This document shows positions 56,571-64,000 of a DNA stretch of 64,000 bases, piece by piece. Both the position numbers and the translations under genes were made by a program. Within the stretch, counting starts at the first letter, position 1. Every line of letters begins with the position of its first letter. Under the pieces are notes generated by a model. It was not told the DNA's origin. It searched no databases and saw only the letters and a list, made by a program, of their open reading frames with translations. The stretch is from positions 32,001-96,000 of IMG/VR virus record IMGVR_UViG_2651870089_000025; one strand, 5' to 3'. This DNA comes from a virus. Lineage: Duplodnaviria; Caudoviricetes.

Positions 56571-56914
56571 TGAGATTTTACGATTTACTGAACGAAACAC
56601 TAGATGGTGACTTTGCTCAGTACATCGTAATTGATCATTCCAGACCTGGACACCAGTGGTCTGCTGATACTAAAAAAGATGTTGTTGATGTAATATTAAC
56701 AAATTCTATTAAAGAATGGCAAGTAGTTGAAGCAGACACACAGGATATTCTTGCAGATTGGCGTAACGATTCTATACTGCATGGCAAGATTACCCCAAAA
56801 GATCCAACATACGATCGTATATCAGAATTAATGTTTAGCGTTGATGACGATTTACCTGATCACTCTTCCTTCCCAAAAGTTAAAGCGGATATGGAAATAG
56901 TAGACGAAGAATAG
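56570..56914 (+). CDS. Putative internal head protein
   Basis: N-terminus MRFYDLLNE; coupled to the upstream stop. Confidence 0.5.
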   Translation: MRFYDLLNETLDGDFAQYIVIDHSRPGHQWSADTKKDVVDVILTNSIKEWQVVEADTQDILADWRNDSILHGKITPKDPTYDRISELMFSVDDDLPDHSSFPKVKADMEIVDEE

Positions 56915-58096
56915 TTAAATTATATCTTTAATATAGTTATGCTCGTCTTGTATATTAAATTTACGAATACCATTCATCCACGTAGTAAATTCTTTAAAAG
57001 TAGAGTAACTATCTAGCGGTACCGGGACATTGAATATTATGTTCTCAATGCTTTGTATTTCGGTTGAGTTTATTGCAAATGCACTTTCTTGTATTTCTGT
57101 AATTATGTTTTTAAATGCATTATTTTTGTGCTCGTCTAATAGTAGATTTGCTGATAGATACGGTTGAACAGCAGGATATACATTTATACTATGTTCGTCG
57201 AACTTGTTATTTTGATACTGTGAAAAATGCGTTAACGTATTAATTATATTGCCTACATTATAAATGCTTAGTACAAAATTAATTCCAAGCACGGATATAT
57301 TTGGATGTGCTAACAATGTTTGAAAGTTTTTTTCAACAGGAGCAAAGTTTGTTCCTCGTATCCAATTATAAGTATTTCCTATTCCGTCTATACTAGCAAA
57401 GATTTCTAAGTTTTTTAGTTTATTAAATGTTTCTATTGTTTGTTTAGGCAAGGATGTTATGTTACTAACTATTTTAATTTTTATGCTTGGTTTTATGTTA
57501 CTAATTTTGTCTAAGAATACTAAACAATTTTTATCGTATAAAGGTTCGCCACCTTTTATGGTAATCAGTTCTAAATCATTGATGTTGTCAAAAATAGATT
57601 CCAAGACTTCTTTTTGTAATACAACATGCTGAAATTTATCGTAATGTTTTCTAAAGTTGTTAGCAACAGACAGCGGCATTGATTTTTCTAAATGATGCCA
57701 ATGCGAACTGTGTGTGCTGTTGCACATTGAACATGCTAAATTACATTTGTTACTAAAACTAATATCTAAATACCTAATTTTTGGATCAATATCATCCTTT
57801 GCCCAGTTTCGTTCGTTGGCATATTTTAATCTTTTGCTTTCTAACTTTTCTCCTTCCCTGCTGTAGCATTGACTACACAAGTCGATATATTCATCGTTTA
57901 GCATTTTTTGTCTTACTTTAGTTAAGTCATCTCCGTTAAATATTTTTTCTAGTGTTGTGCTAGATTGCGTAAAATCATGCAAACTGTGTTTTTTGTTTTC
58001 ACGCCATACGGGACATAGTTGTGCAAGTCCTCGAGGGTCAATTGTTAAGCCGTCAAATGGGATATAACAGAAATGCTTTTTTTCGTAAATTGACAT
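56915..58096 (-). CDS. Radical SAM enzyme with an N-terminal twitch/SPASM-like domain
   Basis: CNLACSMC; IKGGEPL; ASIDG; N-terminal C..P.......G...LC....C..C. Confidence 0.85.
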   Translation of the reverse strand: MSIYEKKHFCYIPFDGLTIDPRGLAQLCPVWRENKKHSLHDFTQSSTTLEKIFNGDDLTKVRQKMLNDEYIDLCSQCYSREGEKLESKRLKYANERNWAKDDIDPKIRYLDISFSNKCNLACSMCNSTHSSHWHHLEKSMPLSVANNFRKHYDKFQHVVLQKEVLESIFDNINDLELITIKGGEPLYDKNCLVFLDKISNIKPSIKIKIVSNITSLPKQTIETFNKLKNLEIFASIDGIGNTYNWIRGTNFAPVEKNFQTLLAHPNISVLGINFVLSIYNVGNIINTLTHFSQYQNNKFDEHSINVYPAVQPYLSANLLLDEHKNNAFKNIITEIQESAFAINSTEIQSIENIIFNVPVPLDSYSTFKEFTTWMNGIRKFNIQDEHNYIKDII

Positions 58097-58176
58097 ATTG
58101 GATAAATACCTATATAATATTTATTGTTGATTTTGTTATTATTGTACTTGACTTCTGTTCAATTAGATATTATAAT
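58090..58176 (+). promoter_or_regulatory. Tandem sigma70-type promoters and a late promoter for gene 32
   Basis: TTGACA(58090)-17-TATAAT(58113); TTGACT(58148)-17-TATAAT(58171); GATAAATA at 58101-58108. Confidence 0.6.
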
Positions 58177-58236
58177 ATATCTAATTAAGTAATACTTAAT
58201 TTTAATACTAATACAAGGCTAATAAAGGAGAAAAAA

Positions 58237-59220
58237 ATGGCTACATTGGCAGAACTAAGAGCAAAACTCGCGGCACAGGAACAGCAATCGTCTGGACCAC
58301 GCGAAACAGACAACGCAATTTATGCGTTCTGGAATATCCCTAACGATACTACAGCAACAATTCGATTCCTTCCAGACGGAGATCAAAGCAATACCTTTTT
58401 CTGGGTAGAGCGTCAAATGATCCGTATCCCGTTTCCGGGTGTGAAAGGGCAGGACGAAGCAAAGGCTGTAACGGTTAATGTACCGTGTGTTGAAATGTGG
58501 GGAGAAACTTGTCCAATTCACGCAGAAATTCGTCCGTGGTTTAAAGACCCGGCTCTAGAAGATATCGGACGCAAATATTGGAAAAAGCGTTCTTACATCT
58601 TTCAAGGATTTGTCGTAAATAATCCACTTGATTCTGATGCAACGTCAGATAACCCTATTAGACGTTTTGTTATTAATCCGTCTATATTCAAGATCATCAA
58701 AGCGGCATTAATGGACCCGGAAATGGATAATCTACCAACTGATTATGAGAATGGTACAGATTTCCGTTTAACTAAAACACAAAAAGGTCAATATGCTGAT
58801 TATTCCACTTCAAACTGGGCACGACGTGAACGAGGCTTAACCGAAGAGGAGATGAGCGCAGTTGAAACACACGGGTTGTTCACATTAAGTGATTATCTTC
58901 CAAAGAGGCCATCGGCTGACGAAGTTAAAGTAATCTACGATATGTTTCAAGCATCTGTAGATGGCGAGTTGTATGACTTGGAGAAATGGGGAGACTATTA
59001 TCGTCCATACGGTATTGGTGCACCATCCAACTCTGGAACAGCACAACCTGTTAACAACGACAACAAGGAAAACACAACGACTACTGCTGAGTCAAGTGTT
59101 ACACCTGCTAAGGAAACTGTTGCGGAAGAAGATAGTGAAGAAGGATCCAGCAATAAAAGTGCTGATGAAATCTTAGCAATGATTCGCAGTCGCAAAAAGA
59201 CCGAAACAGCGTCGGCTTAA
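58237..59220 (+). CDS. gp32: Single-stranded DNA-binding protein
   Basis: ATIRFLPDGD...FFWVER; CVEMWGETCPI; KYWKKRSY; DF.LTKT.KG.YADYSTS.W; acidic tail; precedes uvsX. Confidence 0.88.
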   Translation: MATLAELRAKLAAQEQQSSGPRETDNAIYAFWNIPNDTTATIRFLPDGDQSNTFFWVERQMIRIPFPGVKGQDEAKAVTVNVPCVEMWGETCPIHAEIRPWFKDPALEDIGRKYWKKRSYIFQGFVVNNPLDSDATSDNPIRRFVINPSIFKIIKAALMDPEMDNLPTDYENGTDFRLTKTQKGQYADYSTSNWARRERGLTEEEMSAVETHGLFTLSDYLPKRPSADEVKVIYDMFQASVDGELYDLEKWGDYYRPYGIGAPSNSGTAQPVNNDNKENTTTTAESSVTPAKETVAEEDSEEGSSNKSADEILAMIRSRKKTETASA

Positions 59221-59227
59221 ACGAGTG

Positions 59228-59250
59228 TGAGGGGGGGTTCTCCCCCCTCA
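59228..59250 (+). terminator. Intergenic stem-loop (weak terminator or mRNA-stabilising hairpin)
   Basis: TGAGGGGGG/CCCCCCTCA inverted repeat between gp32 and uvsX, with only a poor T tract. Confidence 0.5.
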
Positions 59251-59269
59251 AGTTTATGGAGGATAAGAA

Positions 59270-60379
59270 ATGGTAAAACCTTATGATTTTTCTAAATTAA
59301 GAAAAAGTTTAACAAAGAATATTGATGGCTTGAGTTTAGGATTCAATGATCCTAAAGACTGGATCGATACTGGCAGTTATGCATTGAACTATCTTATCAG
59401 CGGTGACTTTTATAAAGGCGTGCCGTTAGGTAAAGTAACAATGTTTGCTGGCGAATCCGGCTCTGGTAAAAGTTTAATTGTAAGTGGTAACTTGGCTCGT
59501 AATGCACAAAAAGCAGGATGCTTTGTGGTTATGATGGACAGCGAAAATGCATTAGATACAGAATGGCTAGAAGCACTTGGTGTAGATATAAGTGAAGATA
59601 AACTTTTAAAAATTAACGTATCAATGATCGATAGCGTAGCAAAAACCCTATCAGAGTTGCTTAAAGGATACCGCGAAGAAAATGAGGGCAACGAATATGA
59701 AGATTGCCCAAAAGTAGTAATTATTATCGATAGTTTAGGTATGTTGCTATCTCCTACAGACATTCAACAGTTTGAGAAAGGAGATCTAAAGGGTGACTTG
59801 GGTCGAAAGCCTAAAGCACTTACAGCATTAATTCGCAATACAGTTAATACTATTGCACCATACCCAATTGGATTCATAGTTACAAACCACACGTATGCAT
59901 CGCAAGATATGTTTGATCCGGATGACAAAATCTCAGGTGGACAGGGTTTTGTATATGCAAGTTCAATTGTAGTTGCAATGCGTAAACTAAAACTTAAAAC
60001 TGATGCAGATGGAAACAAAGTTACAGATGTACTTGGTATCAGGGCGGCGTGTAAAGTAATGAAAAGTCGCTTTTCAAAACCGTTTGAATCAGTACAAGTG
60101 GAGATTCCATATGAAACTGGAATGAGCCCATTTAGTGGTTTAGTTGACATGTTTGAAAAATCTGGTATTCTTGTTAAGCAAGGTAACAAGTTAAAATATG
60201 TTGATAAAACAGGAAACGAGCACAGTTACTTTAGAAAAGGATGGAATGCGGATACAATTCCAATTATCTTACAGGAACAACGCGAAGGTTTGATTTTAGA
60301 GCCTGTTATAGACGATGAACATAGTTATAATGAAGAGGATTTTGAAGAACCGGTCTTGGAAGAAATTGAGGAAGAATAG
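59270..60379 (+). CDS. uvsX: RecA-like recombinase
   Basis: IDTGSYALNYLISG; AGESGSGKS Walker A; DSENALD; IIDSLG; TNHTY; SGGQGFVYASS; KSRFSKPF. Confidence 0.93.
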   Translation: MVKPYDFSKLRKSLTKNIDGLSLGFNDPKDWIDTGSYALNYLISGDFYKGVPLGKVTMFAGESGSGKSLIVSGNLARNAQKAGCFVVMMDSENALDTEWLEALGVDISEDKLLKINVSMIDSVAKTLSELLKGYREENEGNEYEDCPKVVIIIDSLGMLLSPTDIQQFEKGDLKGDLGRKPKALTALIRNTVNTIAPYPIGFIVTNHTYASQDMFDPDDKISGGQGFVYASSIVVAMRKLKLKTDADGNKVTDVLGIRAACKVMKSRFSKPFESVQVEIPYETGMSPFSGLVDMFEKSGILVKQGNKLKYVDKTGNEHSYFRKGWNADTIPIILQEQREGLILEPVIDDEHSYNEEDFEEPVLEEIEEE

Positions 60380-60409
60380 GTAAATATCCGTAGAACATGG
60401 AGACACTCA

Positions 60410-60643
60410 ATGGATATTAGTCCCGAAGTATTTGTAGAAATGTGGAATGTACTAAAACCGTACATCCCACAAAAAGAAAGATTTGATGCCGCTTATAGTA
60501 TGATAGATTTTTATGATACAAATGGTGACATTGAAGAATTAAGAGAAAGCGATATTTTGGATTCCTATCTTGCTAAAGCGTTAAATGAATACCTAGACGA
60601 AGAATTAGATGACGATGACGAAGATGAGGATGACGACTATTAA
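60410..60643 (+). CDS. Small acidic hypothetical protein
   Basis: SD GGAG; lies between uvsX and uvsY; acidic tail. Confidence 0.6.
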   Translation: MDISPEVFVEMWNVLKPYIPQKERFDAAYSMIDFYDTNGDIEELRESDILDSYLAKALNEYLDEELDDDDEDEDDDY

Positions 60644-61128
60644 TGGCTAGTTGGTATCAACGTGTAGTTGAAGATATAACTGTCCTTCCAGATTGCATAG
60701 ACTATTTTGAAGGACAGTTAGCCGAAGCACGAAACGAAGTTAGATTTAACGGAAGTATTGAAAAAGCCTCAAGTGCTATTCCGGCTATTGTGCAAACAAG
60801 GTTTTCCGAGTTGCAAGAAATTGAAGCAATTTTGGAGCATTTAAATATACATTTACGAAAGTTGCGAGCACAAACTTTTAGAATGTATTTAGAAAAATAC
60901 AACAGGCAGTTAAGTTCGCGCGATGCAACGGCATTTGTTGACGGCGAACAAGTAGTTGTAGATCAATCAGAACTTATTAATGAATTTGGTTTATTACGCA
61001 ACCAGTTTCTTGGGGTGTTGAAAGCACTAGAAGCAAAGCAGTTTCAAATCAACAACATTGTAAAATTACGTGTGGCCGGCCTCGAAGATTCTGAAATCAA
61101 TATGTTTTACGGTAATCCTAATAAGTAG
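60643..61128 (+). CDS. uvsY: Recombination mediator protein
   Basis: YLEKYNRQLSSRDA..FVDGE; LKALEAKQFQINNIVKLRVAGLED; adjacent to uvsX. Confidence 0.8.
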   Translation: MASWYQRVVEDITVLPDCIDYFEGQLAEARNEVRFNGSIEKASSAIPAIVQTRFSELQEIEAILEHLNIHLRKLRAQTFRMYLEKYNRQLSSRDATAFVDGEQVVVDQSELINEFGLLRNQFLGVLKALEAKQFQINNIVKLRVAGLEDSEINMFYGNPNK

Positions 61129-61148
61129 TAATAGATGTAGATAATTTG

Positions 61149-61178
61149 TTGACAAGCAAGTTGTCTATAGTGTATAAT
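61149..61178 (+). promoter_or_regulatory. Sigma70-type promoter with an overlapping inverted repeat
   Basis: TTGACA-18-TATAAT; GACAA-N5-TTGTC inverted repeat at 61151-61165. Confidence 0.65.
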
Positions 61179-61211
61179 AGTTACATTAATTTATTGTAAA
61201 GGAGAATTGTA

Positions 61212-61613
61212 ATGAGTATTAATCTACGTAAAGCCGCCACTTTACAAGAGCAAATTCGTCAAACTATCAGTGACATAAATCTTGACAGCGTACCAAACGG
61301 CGAGTTACCAGATCGTTTAAATCGTGTAGAAGAACTTGAGTCAGTACTTTTTAGTTTGCGAGATAAAGTAGGCAAAGCAAATGTTGAATCTGGTGTTAGT
61401 ACTTTGTTAACTAAGAGAGTTCAACTTAACACACTTATTAGCAGATACGAAAAATTAGTTCGCAATGGACACGAAGAATATAAATCCAAGTTATCTGACT
61501 TCCGTCGCGAGAGAGTAACAATAAGTGAACAAATTTTAGAGTTGAATGTTAGTTCTATGGTTAATTTAACAGAAACAGACATGAATGTGCTTGCTAAAGA
61601 AGAGATAGTATAA
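61212..61613 (+). CDS. Small coiled-coil protein of unknown function
   Basis: Strong SD (AAGGAG); helical heptads; motifs INLRKA, LRDKVGKANVESGVSTLL and ILELNV. Confidence 0.75.
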   Translation: MSINLRKAATLQEQIRQTISDINLDSVPNGELPDRLNRVEELESVLFSLRDKVGKANVESGVSTLLTKRVQLNTLISRYEKLVRNGHEEYKSKLSDFRRERVTISEQILELNVSSMVNLTETDMNVLAKEEIV

Positions 61614-61616
61614 ATA
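61609..61616 (+). promoter_or_regulatory. T4-type late promoter (TATAAATA) overlapping the stop codon
   Basis: Exact consensus, with no protein-coding gene evident before the next terminator. Confidence 0.55.
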
Positions 61617-61621
61617 CAGTC

Positions 61622-61762
61622 GTAACCGGGTGTTGTAGGGTAAACAAGCGAAGACGAAAACAATACTTGCTAATATTGTTCTAGAGATAAAGATAAGATA
61701 AGATAAGGTATACCTGGTTATTTGCTGGAAGGGCGTCAGAAATGGCGCCTTTCTTTTTTTTT
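61622..61762 (+). ncRNA. Candidate structured non-coding RNA with GAUAA tandem repeats
   Basis: 12-bp closing stem 61622-61633/61710-61721; inner hairpin 61659-61680; four GATAA copies at 61686-61706; terminator at the 3' end. Confidence 0.55.
61728..61762 (+). terminator. Rho-independent terminator
   Basis: GAAGGGCGTCA-GAAA-TGGCGCCTTTC followed by T9. Confidence 0.88.
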
Positions 61763-61804
61763 GTTTATAATTGACAAATGCGGTTTATCTGTTATTATAA
61801 TAGT

Positions 61805-62011
61805 ATGAATAAAATAGAAAAAATGGTCAAAGAATGCGTAGACGCCATAGGCGACATTGCTATGAAGAATGACATAAATATTATTGATGAGGATTTTGTT
61901 AAAGACATAGCACTTTCGTCAAAGTTTTTAAACGCAGCCTTTGATCGACAATTTTGTCAAGAAAACGTTTTACACGAGCATATGTCTAAATTAACAAATT
62001 CTCTATCTTAA
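61805..62011 (+). CDS. Small hypothetical early protein
   Basis: Probable start MNKIEK just after TTGACA(61771)...TATAAT(61796). The track's 61778 start lies inside the promoter. Confidence 0.5.
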   Translation: MNKIEKMVKECVDAIGDIAMKNDINIIDEDFVKDIALSSKFLNAAFDRQFCQENVLHEHMSKLTNSLS

Positions 62012-62029
62012 CGATAGGGGCGTTCGTAA

Positions 62030-62359
62030 GTGAGATACAAGTTATATCTAGATAATGCTGGTCTTCCGGTGCATATCGGGTCAGGATTTAAAGGCACCGC
62101 TGGCTGGACAATAAAACAGGATTATGATGATGTAATTGATCATATAGAGAAACATGGTTGTCCTGTGTTTATCAGTTTTGGTAATCAAATAAGTGGTGGT
62201 TTAGGTAAAACAATGTACGATTTAGCCAACTGGCTTATTGCACAAGATCTAAAAGGACAGTTTTTTCCCGATGATTTTGATTTTACTGTACACTCAGACA
62301 ACCCTATGGATGTTGCAAATATTTCTAATCTATTGAACGCTTATTTAAGGTCTCGCTAG
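62030..62359 (+). CDS. Divergent cyclic-phosphate-processing receiver-like domain protein
   Basis: YKLYLD(N)...W....YDD.I.HIEKHGCP.FISF...G..KTMYDLANWL...F.FTVHS.NP pattern. Confidence 0.55.
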   Translation: MRYKLYLDNAGLPVHIGSGFKGTAGWTIKQDYDDVIDHIEKHGCPVFISFGNQISGGLGKTMYDLANWLIAQDLKGQFFPDDFDFTVHSDNPMDVANISNLLNAYLRSR

Positions 62360-63343
62360 GCCTCGATTAATTAACTCTTTAATCTTGCCCATTTGCAATA
62401 CATCGTGTATAGTCATAGTTGACGAATTCCACCATGGGTCTAAGTCTAGTTCTATAATTATTTTTATTGTAGTTTCGTGTGCATATTGTAGTTCGGCTTT
62501 TTTTGCCTTGGTAAACTTAAAGTTTGGTTCTATGTTGTAAATGTCGCTTACATTTTGATCTATGATTAATTTATCCATATCGATTAATTTTTCGTTGCTA
62601 TCGAGATCAAACAAAAGATTTTCGGTGTAATCTTCGATAAAGTAATTAATATATTGTTTAAGTTCTATACCTGTGATTAGGTGTTTATTGTGCTTTGTCT
62701 TAACTTTTTCAAAGTGAGTAATATATTTGTATAACCCTAACACCATTGGCAACCATGTTCTGTTTTTACTAAATCTAGCGTATACTTTGTTTTGAAATTT
62801 TAGATCTATTGGTGTCTTTGTATTTTGTGTAGGCAATCGATATGGGTAGTGATGAAACTTTAAATATTTAAAAGACGATAATAATATATTATCAGGAATT
62901 TGCAATGGCCGTGACAATGGAATTGTTATAATCTCGTTAAGTTTTTTAGTTTCGTTTATGTTATTTAAAACAAACTCCTCGTTATTAAAATACTTTTCCC
63001 AGGAGATACTAGGCAAGTTGAAAGTGTACTTTAATAGTAAAATAGTTCTAATGTATATTTTAAGTATAGTTTCTTCTGATTCGTTTGTATAATGTTTTTT
63101 AATTTTTTTGTAAATAGGAGTTTCTTGATAGCCAGCAGTACCAAATATACATTCAACAACATCATTTGAAAGCCACTCGTAGTTAGTCTTTAATGGATTG
63201 GTACTTTTTGCAGACACATTGATTAAATTAGGATTTTCTGTTTTGTGATGATCCTCAAGCAAAAAATGCATTAAAAAATGTCCCATAGATCCCGGAGGAT
63301 AAATGAGAGGAGTAAAATGGTTAAAAAATGTTTCGCCGAGCAT
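62345..63343 (-). CDS. Hypothetical protein (N-terminal YPPGSMGHFL motif; possibly sulfotransferase/P-loop-like)
   Basis: 332-aa AT-rich ORF with an exact late promoter TATAAATA on the minus strand at 63348-63355. Confidence 0.55.
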   Translation of the reverse strand: MLGETFFNHFTPLIYPPGSMGHFLMHFLLEDHHKTENPNLINVSAKSTNPLKTNYEWLSNDVVECIFGTAGYQETPIYKKIKKHYTNESEETILKIYIRTILLLKYTFNLPSISWEKYFNNEEFVLNNINETKKLNEIITIPLSRPLQIPDNILLSSFKYLKFHHYPYRLPTQNTKTPIDLKFQNKVYARFSKNRTWLPMVLGLYKYITHFEKVKTKHNKHLITGIELKQYINYFIEDYTENLLFDLDSNEKLIDMDKLIIDQNVSDIYNIEPNFKFTKAKKAELQYAHETTIKIIIELDLDPWWNSSTMTIHDVLQMGKIKELINRGLARP

Positions 63344-63457
63344 CAGTTATTTATAGCACGTTTCAATGCTGGATGTTGTATAGATAAGAACTATTCTTAT
63401 TTAAAAACCTATAAAAACAAGCGGTTTTTTGTTGTAAAAATCCCACACTTTTTAAGA

Positions 63458-63485
63458 TTGACATATTTGGGTTATCAGGTATAAT
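63458..63485 (+). promoter_or_regulatory. Sigma70-type promoter
   Basis: TTGACA-16-TATAAT. Confidence 0.7.
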
Positions 63486-63492
63486 GTATATA

Positions 63493-63633
63493 ATGATTGA
63501 GATACTTCTGTTTTTAATCCTGCTAGTGCTGGTAGTTAAATGGCTACCGGGTATAGCAACTTTTGTAGTCAGTGCTATTTTAGCCATTTGTGCGTTAATT
63601 GGCGCTCTTGTGCTATTAGTAGCATTTCTTTAA
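63493..63633 (+). CDS. Small hydrophobic membrane protein (46 aa; not in the ORF track)
   Basis: MIEILLFLILLVLVVKWLPGIATFVVSAILAICALIGALVLLVAFL*, directly after a promoter. Confidence 0.55.
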   Translation: MIEILLFLILLVLVVKWLPGIATFVVSAILAICALIGALVLLVAFL

Positions 63634-63653
63634 CCTTTAACAAGGAAATATTT

Positions 63654-64000
63654 ATGTCCGCTCGTGTAAAGATTATTTCCGGTACTTACCGGAAACACCC
63701 TGTTTGCAATATGGTTTTTGATATAGCGTCTGATCTTTTGCCGAAAGAAAAATCCACATCAATCACGGTTGATTGCTCGCACCTATTAGGCCCGGACGCA
63801 CCGTTTCCGTGGAACAAGGTTGGTGCAAACGGCAAAGCCAAGATTAAAGTAGCCAACTCAGAGGATTACGAGATAGTGTCCTCTGATGTGCCCGTTGGCT
63901 CTGCTGACCCTGCCGCTCCAAAAACACCAGTTGAAACAGATGAGGAAGCGATTGCACGAATTCGCGAACGCTTTAAGATTCTCGAAGACATGACCGAGGC
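63654..64000 (+). CDS. Hypothetical protein, truncated by the window end
   Basis: SD AAGGA. MSARVKIISGTYRK...ETDEEAIARIRERFKILEDMTE stays open to the end of the window. Confidence 0.6.
   Translation, partial: MSARVKIISGTYRKHPVCNMVFDIASDLLPKEKSTSITVDCSHLLGPDAPFPWNKVGANGKAKIKVANSEDYEIVSSDVPVGSADPAAPKTPVETDEEAIARIRERFKILEDMTE

Noticed and set aside
52776-60379. Inteins or introns in terminase, gp32 or UvsX
   Set aside because: The ORFs have normal length and contiguous motifs, with no splice-junction signatures.
61686-61706. GATAA repeats as a CRISPR array or iteron origin
   Set aside because: The units are 5 nt with no spacers, there are no cas or initiator genes, and the tract is far too short.
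63363-63587. 74-aa minus-strand ORF and the 63278-63484 plus-strand ORF
   Set aside because: They span a divergent promoter region. The plus-strand 63493-63633 membrane ORF fits the promoter better.
1-64000. Stop-codon reassignment, tRNA or rRNA genes
   Set aside because: Long genes are intact in the standard code and end in TAA, TAG or TGA. I saw no cloverleaf or rRNA-like sequence in the short intergenic gaps (by eye only).

Overview
This window is a 64-kb, AT-rich, gene-dense fragment of a large T4-like (Tevenvirinae-related, jumbo-type) myovirus genome in the standard genetic code. Reading left to right: (1) baseplate and fibre genes, including a gp6-like wedge truncated at the left edge and a giant 5239-aa virion protein with nested repeat modules and a YHYH domain; (2) a cluster of four DxD glycosyltransferase-like genes, two radical-SAM genes, a repeat-fused methyltransferase and a Nudix hydrolase; (3) neck and tail genes (gp15, gp14, gp13, gp18, gp19, gp4) and a dNMP kinase, with a shortened pyrB bracketed by a duplicated sigma70 promoter among them; (4) putative internal head proteins and terminase gp17; (5) a third radical-SAM gene and gp32-uvsX-uvsY; (6) small early genes. 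T4-type late promoters (N-ATAAATA) and TTGACA/TATAAT promoters are visible, and many sit so close to start codons that the mRNAs would be leaderless. The strongest candidate for an undescribed system is at 61149-61762. There, a small coiled-coil gene is followed immediately by a separately promoted and terminated structured non-coding RNA of about 140 nt carrying GAUAA tandem repeats. A second structured RNA element, possibly a pseudoknot or switch, precedes the 24556 virion gene. All annotations come from motif recognition by eye; no searches were run.
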